Shown here piece by piece: positions 20,231 to 29,549 of a DNA stretch of 64,000 nucleotides. The stretch spans positions 3,104,001 through 3,168,000 of the forward strand of contig OZ244207.1 of assembly GCA_965216875.1 (NCBI GenBank). The letters run 5' to 3'. Under the pieces are notes generated by a model. It worked only from the letters and a program-made list of their open reading frames with translations, was not told the origin of the DNA and did no database searches. Within the stretch, counting starts at the first letter, position 1. Each line of letters opens with the position of its first letter. A program made the position numbers and the translations under genes. The stretch comes from Rubripirellula sp. Lineage in GTDB: Bacteria; Planctomycetota; Planctomycetia; Pirellulales; Pirellulaceae.

Positions 20231-20277
20231 TGGTGCACGCTGATGCTGGTTCTTAAACACCCAAAACAAGGGAAACG

Positions 20278-21447
20278 ATGAAGTCTTCATCGAGCATTGC
20301 TGTCCTCATCATTGGCATGATCACGTGCACCAACGTGATCGCTCAAACAGAAGATGCCGAGAATGGATCGCCGCTACTGAGAGAGATAGCCGCTTCCATT
20401 CGCGAAGCCAAAACGGTTTCGAGCACGGTCACGCCGTACTTCAAAGGCACTGACGAAGAAACGGGCGAAGCGTGGCTGCGAGCAGGCGCCGCCAGCACGC
20501 TCGACGCCAGAGTACCCGATCTCTATCGCGACACGCGGTACGCACCCGATGGTACTGAATTGCTCATTCAAATCATTGATACCAAGAAGGGCAAGACGCT
20601 TCATCTAGACATGAAGAACTCCACTGCGACCTGGAGAGACCAATCGATCAATGTCTATGGTGGTGATGTGCTTGAGTTTTATGCAAAGCTCGTGGAGAGC
20701 ATGCCGCCCAAACGCGTTGGACAAACTACGGTCGACGGAGTCGAACTCGATGTCTACCGAAAGCCGTCGAAGAACGGACGAAGCTTGGACGTGTGGATTG
20801 ACACGGCCAACAAGAAGCTTGTCGGAATCAGCATCCCCGGGGGCGACGTCCTTGATCTGTCAAAGATCCAAGACAACTCGAACGCGAAAGGGGGCGCCAT
20901 TCGTGGCCGCCCGGTCGGTCAGGTGCGTGGAAACCTCAAGTTTGACGAGAAGTTTGATGACGGCTGGTTCTCGCAAGTGATTCCTGACGGGTTCGAGGTC
21001 GCGAAAGCCGAGCCAAGTCTCAATCCGCGAACGCCGCGAACTCCGATCGAAAAGATCGAATTGAACGAAAAGGCGATTGTCGATTTCTTTCGCGAGTCAG
21101 CCAAAGTCAACGACAACACTTACTACCAAAACGCTCGCGGGATCCCAAACGAGAAGCTTCGAGTGATGATACAGAGCCCACCTTCGGACCAGTCCGAAGC
21201 GGAGGCACGGTTCGCCAAACTCTATTTGTCGCACATGCGTGCTCGCAACTTGCCGATCGCGAGAAGATTCGCCATCAAGTTCGCCGAAGCGGGCACCTTC
21301 AAGTACGTCGGCTCAGGAGTCAAACTTGGCGACGTCGAATCGTTGGTCTTTTGGTACAAGTCCAAAGAGAGCGGGATGTGGCGTGCCATGTATGGCGATG
21401 CGACGATTCGGGACGTCTCCGAAGACGATCTCCCCAAAACGCAGTAG
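20278..21447 (+). CDS. Exported hypothetical protein, possibly LolA-like beta fold
   Basis: Signal peptide, beta-rich N-half (DVWID...LV), C-terminal YVGSGVKLGD...FWYK...MYGD. Confidence 0.65.
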   Translation: MKSSSSIAVLIIGMITCTNVIAQTEDAENGSPLLREIAASIREAKTVSSTVTPYFKGTDEETGEAWLRAGAASTLDARVPDLYRDTRYAPDGTELLIQIIDTKKGKTLHLDMKNSTATWRDQSINVYGGDVLEFYAKLVESMPPKRVGQTTVDGVELDVYRKPSKNGRSLDVWIDTANKKLVGISIPGGDVLDLSKIQDNSNAKGGAIRGRPVGQVRGNLKFDEKFDDGWFSQVIPDGFEVAKAEPSLNPRTPRTPIEKIELNEKAIVDFFRESAKVNDNTYYQNARGIPNEKLRVMIQSPPSDQSEAEARFAKLYLSHMRARNLPIARRFAIKFAEAGTFKYVGSGVKLGDVESLVFWYKSKESGMWRAMYGDATIRDVSEDDLPKTQ

Positions 21448-21458
21448 CGGCGACATCA

Positions 21459-22196
21459 CTAACGAGGCGCGCTGAACAGGACTTCGCCAGTGGCGTAATC
21501 GTCACTGATCACACCGGTTCGTTGACGCAGCAATTCGCGGGTCTGCGAAAAGCCTTGGATGCGAGTAATGTGTCGCAATTCAGCGTTCGCAGTGACGCCT
21601 TCGAAGTGCGTGAGCAATTCGGCAAGTTGCTCCACGTCGCCCGATTCCATCAGACCCTCAAGTCGCTCGGTGCCAAGGTATTCCTGCCAGACTTCACCAT
21701 CTTCGATCTCGCCCAATCCGCGATGCAACGTCGCGACGGGTGTGGCCAAGCCAGCGAAGTCTTCTGTTGCTCGATGTGTCTGTTCGGCTCGCACGTATGG
21801 CGGAGGTGCCATGGCATGCGGTTTAAGCTGCAGGCGTGGCTTCTGGCCTCGTGGCAATGAGTTGAGGTACCGCTCGCGCTGGGCAGCATCATGGCGACGA
21901 CCAGGAAACGCGCTGTCGTAGCGATGGCGTTCACGAAAGTACGGGTCGTTCAACAAATCAGGCGCTTCGAAGGATCCAAAGCGATAGGGATCGTGAACGT
22001 AGCTGTCAAATCGGTTGGGATTGAATGTCCCCGGTGGATCATTGCGGTACACAGGATCGCTTTGAATACCGAATCCGAAACCGAATAACCCACGTCCACC
22101 GCGAAACCGCTGAGCCTCGGCGGGGCTGCAACATTGGATCGAGACAATCAACGCGACGATTGCAAACGAGAAACGCAACACGGCAGGCACCTTCAA
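21459..22196 (-). CDS. Exported hypothetical protein
   Basis: Signal peptide ending AEA-Q, low-complexity N-half, helical C-half. Confidence 0.6.
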   Translation of the reverse strand: MKVPAVLRFSFAIVALIVSIQCCSPAEAQRFRGGRGLFGFGFGIQSDPVYRNDPPGTFNPNRFDSYVHDPYRFGSFEAPDLLNDPYFRERHRYDSAFPGRRHDAAQRERYLNSLPRGQKPRLQLKPHAMAPPPYVRAEQTHRATEDFAGLATPVATLHRGLGEIEDGEVWQEYLGTERLEGLMESGDVEQLAELLTHFEGVTANAELRHITRIQGFSQTRELLRQRTGVISDDYATGEVLFSAPR

Positions 22197-22338
22197 GGAT
22201 CGATTTGAAATTTCGACCAGGACATTGGTCGACTCGAAACTCTAGGTTTCTGCTTTGCATCGCGCGAGGTGAATGTGGAGCGAATCACACCGGATGATCG
22301 TCAATGTCGTCACAACCGTTCCTTGCAAGGTCGGCTAC

Positions 22339-23148
22339 CTAACGCGACGTGTGCTTGATGATGAAATCAACGATCGGCGTCGGATCCTCGAGGCCATGTG
22401 GATGATGACCGACACCAGGCTTGGCGATCAATTCAATGCTGCCGCCAAGTTGCTTGTAACGCCGAGCAACGACGCCCGTGTTCTCGTCCCATGGCACCAC
22501 CTTGTCGGCATCGCCGTAAACATGAAGAAGTGGCACACCTGCATCCGCCAAAGGCTTCAGGTTGTCGACTGGATTCTTGTCATAGGCATTGGCAGCCGCA
22601 TCGTTCACGAATCCATAAACTTCGAGGACGAGATCCCAGTCGCGTTTGCTGCCTTTTCCGTTGCCCTGACCACCGGGCCAACTCTTGAAATCACAGACGG
22701 GCGCGTCGCCATAAAGGCAGGCCACCTTTTGGGGATTCGCCGCAGCCCAGTTGTAACAGTACAAGCCGCCACGGCTCAGCCCAACAAGCGCGACCTTGCT
22801 GGACAAGCCATACCTTTCTCTCAAGTCCTCGTAAAACCTGTTCCAATGCCGAACGGCGACGGGTGCACCTAGTAGATTGGGCACTTTCAAGTAGGCGATG
22901 TGATAACCCCGTTTGAGCAGCTCGATGTCTGGCGCAGGTTTGTGCCCAAAAAACTCACCGTGCCAGACCCATGGTTTGCCATCGACGGGTTCCTTCGGCA
23001 TGACAACCGTCCCCACGTTACCGTCGACATCGAAGTCAACGCGTCGGAATCCATGCCACATGCTCACCTTGTCGCCGGGCGTTTCCGCAGTGGCAATCGC
23101 AGAAAGCCCTAAAAACAAACATCCAAGGATCGACACGCGCAACATCAA
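22339..23148 (-). CDS. Secreted alpha/beta hydrolase
   Basis: GLSRGG nucleophile elbow, GDADKVVP and GHHPHG motifs, signal peptide. Confidence 0.88.
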   Translation of the reverse strand: MMLRVSILGCLFLGLSAIATAETPGDKVSMWHGFRRVDFDVDGNVGTVVMPKEPVDGKPWVWHGEFFGHKPAPDIELLKRGYHIAYLKVPNLLGAPVAVRHWNRFYEDLRERYGLSSKVALVGLSRGGLYCYNWAAANPQKVACLYGDAPVCDFKSWPGGQGNGKGSKRDWDLVLEVYGFVNDAAANAYDKNPVDNLKPLADAGVPLLHVYGDADKVVPWDENTGVVARRYKQLGGSIELIAKPGVGHHPHGLEDPTPIVDFIIKHTSR

Positions 23149-23335
23149 CTCTTCCTATTCGGTAACAACTTGGCCGCTCGAAGCAGCTACATGCTAACTG
23201 AACCGGATACACCGTTCGCTGCTGGAAGAGAATCTCATCATCGACGCGCACGAAGTGCGCCGTCTCGCGCGGGGTCTCGCGTAAGATTTCGCGGGATCCT
23301 AAGCACGCGTTCGATCGATTCTTGGAATGCTCAAG

Positions 23336-23695
23336 TTACTGCGGCGGTGGCGAGAGGTCGGCGACCTCCCGGATTTCGACCGTTCCTCCCATTTCGTAGA
23401 TGGGGCAGCCCATGGCGAGCTCACAGGCCTGGTCATAACCCGACGCCTCGATGATTGAGTAGCCGCCCACCAGTTCTTTCGATTCAACGTGTGGGCCGTC
23501 GACGATCGATTTGTCGGCCTGGACCACGCGGCCTTCCTTGGTCAGTGCATCTCCCATTGCGGTGACCCAGCCAGCCTCTTGCCCAGCACCGAGCCAGTCC
23601 CACCATTTCTGAATGTGAGCTTGCATTTGGTCTGGCGAGACTTCGGTATCACTTTTTGAAGCCGGATCACGGTAGATGAACAAGAATTTCGGCAT
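23336..23695 (-). CDS. YciI/DGPF family protein
   Basis: MPKFLFIYR...VDGPHVESKELVGGYSII...CP...G.VEIRE. GGAG RBS upstream of 23695. Confidence 0.9.
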   Translation of the reverse strand: MPKFLFIYRDPASKSDTEVSPDQMQAHIQKWWDWLGAGQEAGWVTAMGDALTKEGRVVQADKSIVDGPHVESKELVGGYSIIEASGYDQACELAMGCPIYEMGGTVEIREVADLSPPPQ

Positions 23696-23752
23696 GGATA
23701 GGTACTCCCAATAGGTTGTGTGCAAGACGACACTCGTCTCGTCTGGTTAGCT

Positions 23753-23779
23753 GACGAACGAGTCTCACACGGGGAGACA
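23753..23779 (-). promoter_or_regulatory. Putative ECF42-type promoter
   Basis: Minus strand TGTC-N19-CGTC about 60 bp upstream of the DGPF gene. Resembles the TGTCGA/CGTC promoters known for ECF42 targets. Confidence 0.5.
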
Positions 23780-23913
23780 TTTTTTTGCCGATTTCTTGTT
23801 TCGACGCCATCACCCCAAGAAAGTGGGCTGGGATGAGAACAGGGGCGGTCGCTTCCGGCGCCAGGCGGTGGGTGTTGTGGACCGCTTTTTACGGGTGCGT
23901 GCGAGCACACGTC

Positions 23914-24333
23914 CTACTTTTTGAGACCGCGGACGATTGTTTCGAGCACTCTCGCGGTGTCGCCCTCGTTTCTGGAGTCGATTTTGAGGGTTCGGCGATC
24001 GGGAAGCCGAAGTGAGAGGCGGACCACGGGCGAGCCGCGACGGACGAACTCCTTAATCTTGCCGAGCTTCAGGACACGCCAGGGCAACGAAACGGCGCGG
24101 CAACCGCTGTGGCGTTCTGTATAGGGCATCGAGATGAGGTACTTGACGCGTTCGACGAAGTGAATGCCACCCTCAAGCGCCCAGACCGGTGCCTTGAAAC
24201 AACAACCGCGGTACTCGGTTTGGATCAGCGACGCACTCACCACATCGCACAAGCACTTCCCTTGTTCGGCACCAAATTGCGGCAGGTTCGGCGCATATTC
24301 AACCTGAGCGGACGCTTGCCAAGTGATGTTCAT
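23914..24333 (-). CDS. Hypothetical protein
   Basis: 139-aa ORF with ATGA overlap to the upstream gene. Confidence 0.5.
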   Translation of the reverse strand: MNITWQASAQVEYAPNLPQFGAEQGKCLCDVVSASLIQTEYRGCCFKAPVWALEGGIHFVERVKYLISMPYTERHSGCRAVSLPWRVLKLGKIKEFVRRGSPVVRLSLRLPDRRTLKIDSRNEGDTARVLETIVRGLKK

Positions 24334-24947
24334 TTGAGGTTCTTTCGGTATTCACTTGGGTTTTGAACGATGTAGTCGACGCGCAGCGACAGGTTGGCCA
24401 ACACGATGTCGGGATCACCTGTGTAACTCGTATCGAACTGAATCTTCTTGCCGCGCTTCGGGAACACGGTCACATACTTGGTGACGTACTTCTCATCAGG
24501 CAACTGCCGCGACTCGATCACTATTCGCTCGATCTCATCCCAGAAAACCATTTGCGAACCGCGTTTGGTGACCTTCTCAATTCCTTTTTGAGTCACCTCG
24601 ATCCCTCGCCCTTCACCGCCGAATCGCCGAGCCAACAGAGCGCTCGTCACCGAAAGGAGAACGCCACCAAGCATGGACCCGACCACGTTGGGAATCTTGA
24701 CATTCGGGTTTTCCCCCGCTTGCGCAAGGGCGAGTGCGCCAGTACCGATGAACCAAAACCCGAGAAAGCAAAGCCCAATCAAAGGCAACGCAAACCACGT
24801 CAGCGCGCCGTCGCAGTAACAAGAACTCTTGAAGGAGTCTTCGTTCCGTTGCGATAGAACGGATTCGCAGTCGGTGTCCTCACTGGCAGCGAGTCCGAAG
24901 AGCGAGAAATCTTCGTTCTGTGACGATTGACTTCCGAGGCGGGGCAT
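24330..24947 (-). CDS. Two-TM membrane protein with PH-like C-terminal domain
   Basis: Two hydrophobic helices, then GIEVTQKGI...VFWDEIERI, a pattern typical of bacterial PH-like domains. Confidence 0.6.
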   Translation of the reverse strand: MPRLGSQSSQNEDFSLFGLAASEDTDCESVLSQRNEDSFKSSCYCDGALTWFALPLIGLCFLGFWFIGTGALALAQAGENPNVKIPNVVGSMLGGVLLSVTSALLARRFGGEGRGIEVTQKGIEKVTKRGSQMVFWDEIERIVIESRQLPDEKYVTKYVTVFPKRGKKIQFDTSYTGDPDIVLANLSLRVDYIVQNPSEYRKNLK

Positions 24948-25040
24948 TGATCGAATCCACTAAGTGGGAACAGAAGGATCACCCAACTTTAGGACACGAT
25001 CTCGCCCCCCACCAGATTTTTCGCGGATTTCGCCCGCGAC

Positions 25041-27809
25041 CTAAGACTCTTCGACAGGACGCCGATTCCAATAGGAGCGTGCGTGTCGGCGAACCTCACT
25101 TGCTCGATCATGATCTCCGACCTCATCGAGCGTGGTCGCCAAATCACTCAGGTAGCCGGCCATCTGCTTCCTCGCGAACATTGCTCCCGGCAGCTCCTCG
25201 AGGTAGTCGGCCTGCAGTGCGATCGACTCTTCAAAAACACAGATCGCTTCTTCGAGTTGCTCCATCGCACGCAGTGTGACCGCTTGGTCTTTTAATGCCT
25301 TTGCGGTGAACGCTCGGTAAGAAGGCACAGCCGGGAATCGCTCACACAGTTCGCGTAGCATTTCGGTGGCCCGCTCGTGGTCCCCTCGGGCGCGCTGCGG
25401 GCTCGAACGCCGCTGCAAATTGGCCTGTTGATTCAGCGCCTGAGCGAGTGCCATTTGGTACCGCGGGATCGAACGAAAATCACGGGTAAGCGAGCCGGCA
25501 AGCTGCACGGCTCGTCGGACCTGAATGCGACGACGATCAAGACCTGCCGAACTATCTTGCGCGGCGATCGTCAACATCTCGCTCAGCTCGCAGCGATAGT
25601 CGGGGACGTCGGGAAAATCGGCGACCAGTTCATCCAACAATCGTTCGCTCGACTGACGAATCTCATCGGCGTGCGAACGTTCTTTGCAGGCCGCCGCGAT
25701 TGGGTAGTAGTTGCGATAGGCACTCGCTAGCGACAAGCGATATTTTGCAACGTCCGGATTGCGTTCAACAAGCGCATCGAGCAACCAAATCGCGCGTTGA
25801 TGGCGTTGCGTGCTTTCTTCGCCCCGATGCAACCGCCACAGCACGAGACCAAGGTTGCTGTTGGTGAGCGCCAGCTCGTAAGTGCACTCCCCCGACTCGG
25901 TCCGTTTGAGGTGATCGCTCAACATTTGCCGCGCGAACTCAAGTTGCTCTTTCGCCTTTTCGCTTTGATAGTCGTTGTGAAGGACAAGTGCGAGACGATT
26001 GATGACTGCCGCCGTTTCGGCAATCAGCGCGGGTTCATTTTCACGTTCGTTCACTTGCCCCAACAGAGCGTCGGCCGATCGACGATAGGCTTGCTCTGCA
26101 TCTGCAAACCGTCCCAGGCGATTGAGAATATCGCCAGCGCGGCGGTACGCCTTGGCTGTGTCGCGTTGCAACTTTGGACTATTCGCATTTTGCTGAGCGA
26201 ATTCGTCGTAGAACCCGAGCGCCTCTTCCAAGATCGCTGCACTGTGATCCGACACGACAAATCGCAACTGCGGCGCCGACTCTCCCGATTCGGCCGCAAC
26301 GGGGTGCGACATCCAATCGGATTCGAACCGTTCGAGCAATCGATCCATCGATCCGAGTGCGAGGGTGAGATTGTTTTCGGCGCGTTGCTCGGCAGTCTGG
26401 GCATTCTGCTTCTCAATCACCGCTTGCCGCCAATTCCAACTCACCGCAGCCAAGGAAGTGAGTGCCCCCAAGATCAACGCGGCAGTCATGCCTGCCATCG
26501 CGGGATTCCGTCGACTCCAGCGTCCCAATCGCTCGATGTAACCGATGCGACGAGCACGAATCGGCTGGTCATCACAAAACCGACGCAGGTCATCCGCAAA
26601 TTCACCAGCCGTTCGGTAGCGACTCTCGGGGCTACGTGCGATCGCCTTGAGCAGGACCGTTTCGAGGTCGCGAGGAATCGCCGGACAGATTGAACGTGGC
26701 GCTGGTGGTGAGGAACGGGCGACCTTGCGAATCAACGATCCGCGGTTTTCTCCCTCAAACGCCGGTTGCATCGTCAGTAATTCGTAAAGCGTCAAGCCAA
26801 GCGAATAAACATCGCTGCGGTGATCGGCGTGCCCGTTGAGATGTTCGGGCGACATGTAACGCAGCGTTCCGACAACGTCGCCCGACCGACTCAACCGTTC
26901 TTGGTCAGGAGTGACGGCGAGACCGAAGTCAGTGACCCAAACCAAGGAATCCAAGCCGAGAATCAGATTGCTCGGCTTGATGTCTCGGTGCATCACCCCT
27001 TTGGAATGAGCGTACTGCAGCGCATCGGCAACCTGGATTCCGATTTCGGCAATTCGACGCCAATGCTGGCGACCAAACGAACGAGCGCGACGGCGACGCG
27101 TCTCTTTTTCGACCACGTCCGATTCGCGGAGGTCAAATACCTGAGGATGTCCAGCGTCCGTCTCGCTATCGCCAGGCGCCCGTCCCGTCGTCGATGCATC
27201 ACGAGCAGCCCGACGTTGCTCGAGAACCTTGTCGAAGACATGCTGCAAATAGTTTTCGCAAACGAAGTCGTCGGGCAAATCGATCAGCCCGTGGATCAAT
27301 TGATCAAGCGAAACACCTTCGAGATATTGCATCACGAAATAGTGCAGCCCGTCTTGCTGTCCTACGCCGAACACCGGGACGATATTCGTATGGTGCAGCC
27401 CGCCGGCCGTCTCGGCTTCGCGTTGAAAACGCTTGAGCTGTTTCGAATCTCCGATCGCCTGTTTCGGAAACACTTTGACCGCGACGCGGCGATGCAACGA
27501 TTGTTGTTCGGCCTCGTAGACGATCCCCATCCCGCCATGGCCAATCTCACGAATGATCCGATAGTCGCCGAGCCGTTCGAGTCGGTCGACACGCAGCTGG
27601 ATCGGACGCTCGTCGGCAGTGTCGTTCTTGGTCGCCTTGAGTCGCTCCATCGCGATCATCGCAGGAAACAACTCGCTGATCTGATCGGCAAACTCAGGGT
27701 GCTGCGCGATGTAGTCGTTGATATCAGGGTCTTCGCCCCGGCGTCTTCGTGCAAGGAACTCTTCGCCAAGCACTTCGACCGGGTCGCGTTGGCTTAAGTC
27801 ACTCGTCAT
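25041..27809 (-). CDS. Hanks-type Ser/Thr protein kinase with TM and TPR-like C-terminus
   Basis: IGHGGMGIVY, VAVK, HRDIKPSN, DFGLA and GTLRYMSPE motifs, followed by helical repeats. Confidence 0.95.
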   Translation of the reverse strand: MTSDLSQRDPVEVLGEEFLARRRRGEDPDINDYIAQHPEFADQISELFPAMIAMERLKATKNDTADERPIQLRVDRLERLGDYRIIREIGHGGMGIVYEAEQQSLHRRVAVKVFPKQAIGDSKQLKRFQREAETAGGLHHTNIVPVFGVGQQDGLHYFVMQYLEGVSLDQLIHGLIDLPDDFVCENYLQHVFDKVLEQRRAARDASTTGRAPGDSETDAGHPQVFDLRESDVVEKETRRRRARSFGRQHWRRIAEIGIQVADALQYAHSKGVMHRDIKPSNLILGLDSLVWVTDFGLAVTPDQERLSRSGDVVGTLRYMSPEHLNGHADHRSDVYSLGLTLYELLTMQPAFEGENRGSLIRKVARSSPPAPRSICPAIPRDLETVLLKAIARSPESRYRTAGEFADDLRRFCDDQPIRARRIGYIERLGRWSRRNPAMAGMTAALILGALTSLAAVSWNWRQAVIEKQNAQTAEQRAENNLTLALGSMDRLLERFESDWMSHPVAAESGESAPQLRFVVSDHSAAILEEALGFYDEFAQQNANSPKLQRDTAKAYRRAGDILNRLGRFADAEQAYRRSADALLGQVNERENEPALIAETAAVINRLALVLHNDYQSEKAKEQLEFARQMLSDHLKRTESGECTYELALTNSNLGLVLWRLHRGEESTQRHQRAIWLLDALVERNPDVAKYRLSLASAYRNYYPIAAACKERSHADEIRQSSERLLDELVADFPDVPDYRCELSEMLTIAAQDSSAGLDRRRIQVRRAVQLAGSLTRDFRSIPRYQMALAQALNQQANLQRRSSPQRARGDHERATEMLRELCERFPAVPSYRAFTAKALKDQAVTLRAMEQLEEAICVFEESIALQADYLEELPGAMFARKQMAGYLSDLATTLDEVGDHDRASEVRRHARSYWNRRPVEES

Positions 27810-28425
27810 CGAAAAAGTCCGGTATCTTTTCCAAGTCTTTCCTTAGTCGTGTCAGGGCGCGTACGTATCGGTTGCTTGCCGCCGCTTCCGAAATCCCCAA
27901 CACTTCGGCGACCTCACCGTTGCGAAGTTCCTCGAAATGCCGCAGAGCAAGGATCTCGCGATCAATTTCATCCATCTGTTCGAGCGTCACTTCAAGTTGC
28001 TCGACCATCTCATGACGAATGGCGTCCTGGCTTGGAGACACCATTCGATCCACAAATTCTTTGGCAATGGCCGCGGAGGTCGCTGCGCTGAAGTTGTTTT
28101 GTGTCAGCCGCACCTCATTGCGTGCGTTCCGTTTGTCAGCCAACAGATGCTGTCGGTGCAAGTCAATCAGACGCTGCATCGTCACCTGACGTAACCAAAC
28201 GTAGAAAGACATCTCGGGCTTCGACTTGAAATGGTCAAGCCGGCGATAGGCCTCGATGTAGGACTCTTGCAAAATGTCCGACAAATCGGTGCGGGTGCGG
28301 AGACGTGGATCGATCCGAAACTGAAGCATCTGCTTCAGCCTTTGGCGGTGCTCGGTAAATTGCTCGGCGAACTCCCGCTCACTTGGGCTGACAACGGCGG
28401 CATCGCTCGGGTCGGGCAGGTTCAT
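27799..28425 (-). CDS. ECF sigma factor, planctomycete kinase-associated type
   Basis: RIDPRLRTRTDLSDILQE, WLRQ, SPSQ and DREILALRHFEELRNGEVAEVLG motifs. Overlaps the kinase start. Confidence 0.92.
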   Translation of the reverse strand: MNLPDPSDAAVVSPSEREFAEQFTEHRQRLKQMLQFRIDPRLRTRTDLSDILQESYIEAYRRLDHFKSKPEMSFYVWLRQVTMQRLIDLHRQHLLADKRNARNEVRLTQNNFSAATSAAIAKEFVDRMVSPSQDAIRHEMVEQLEVTLEQMDEIDREILALRHFEELRNGEVAEVLGISEAAASNRYVRALTRLRKDLEKIPDFFDDE

Positions 28426-28694
28426 GAGGCGGGTTTAAATACGGTTTTGTCCATCCATGCACTAAAACGGCTTGCCCTGAGGGCTTCAACCGGAAAAACG
28501 GGACGATTCGAAGTAATTGGGATTTTTGCCCTAATTATCAGTTTACTCCGCCCAGGCACTGCGTTTTTCACCCTAAGCAGCCCCTCCAATCGGGCCGCCC
28601 AAACGAGAAAACAGCACTGAAGTGTCGCGGTTTTTCGGTTAAACCCCGAGCCCCGACAAAACGATCTGCCCCACTGCCACCCCCTCCCCCAAGC

Positions 28695-29306
28695 ATGATC
28701 GCATTCGACCCCACCTACGACGAAGCCACTCTCGATCCTGACACCGAGCGGATGACCCGCGTCGCAAGTGGCGACCTGCGAGCCTACGACGAATTGGTGC
28801 AGCGCAATTTCCAATCAACCGTTCGCATCATTTCATCGATGATGGGGTCAACGTCCCAATCGGAAGACTTGGCTCAAGACGTGTTCCTGAGGATCTTCCG
28901 CAGCCGCAGCCGCTACGTTCCAACGGCAAAGTTCTCGACGTTCCTGGGGACTGTCATTCGCAACGTGGTACTCAATGCCAAACGCAGCCTGTCACGAAGC
29001 CGCGTCAGCTGCACTCAATTTGTCGATGATCGGTCACGCGGCGAATATGAAGCATCGACCACGGTTGCGCCGGTGGTTGAAGTTGACTTTGCCGACGCGA
29101 TCGACCGGCAAGTTACGGTCGACAAAGTGCGTGTTGCAGTCGACGCGTTGCCACCGCGTCAAAAGCGTGCGATCGAATTGGTCTATTTTCGCGGCATGAC
29201 CTACGCCGGTGCAGCCGAAGAAATGGAGACAAGCTGGAAAGCCGTCAAATCACTACTCGGTCGCGGCCGCGGTTCACTAGCCGTCTCACTCGGCGAAAGC
29301 GCCTGA
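28695..29306 (+). CDS. ECF sigma factor (sigma-70 family)
   Basis: EDLAQDVFLRI, KFSTFL and LPPRQKRAIELVYFRGMTY...AVKSLLGRGR motifs. Confidence 0.92.
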   Translation: MIAFDPTYDEATLDPDTERMTRVASGDLRAYDELVQRNFQSTVRIISSMMGSTSQSEDLAQDVFLRIFRSRSRYVPTAKFSTFLGTVIRNVVLNAKRSLSRSRVSCTQFVDDRSRGEYEASTTVAPVVEVDFADAIDRQVTVDKVRVAVDALPPRQKRAIELVYFRGMTYAGAAEEMETSWKAVKSLLGRGRGSLAVSLGESA

Positions 29307-29320
29307 TTCCCCGGTCCTCG

Positions 29321-29473
29321 TCGTAGTGGACGAGGCAACGAGTCCTGAGTCTTCGTAGTGGACGAGGCAACGAGTCCTGAGTCTTCGTAGTGGACGAGGC
29401 AACGAGTCCTGAGTCTTCGTAGTGGACGAGGCAACGAGTCCTGAGTCTTCGTAGTGGACGAGGCAACGAGTCC
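29321..29473 (+). repeat. Tandem array of a 32-bp REP-like unit (4 full copies plus a 25-bp fifth)
   Basis: TCGTAGTGGACGAGGCAACGAGTCCTGAGTCT at 29321, 29353, 29385 and 29417; partial copy at 29449. Confidence 0.95.
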
Positions 29474-29549
29474 CCCTCAACTCCAATCGATCAGAGCCTC
29501 TACACCTGGGACAAGGGCCCGAGGCCTCACGACCAGCGGCTCACAACGC

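Noticed and set aside
29321..29473. Possible CRISPR array
   Set aside because: The sequences between repeats are identical 7-bp linkers rather than unique spacers, and there are no cas genes in the window.
29201..29486. Short repetitive ORFs over the tandem array
   Set aside because: These are translation artefacts of the 32-bp repeat.
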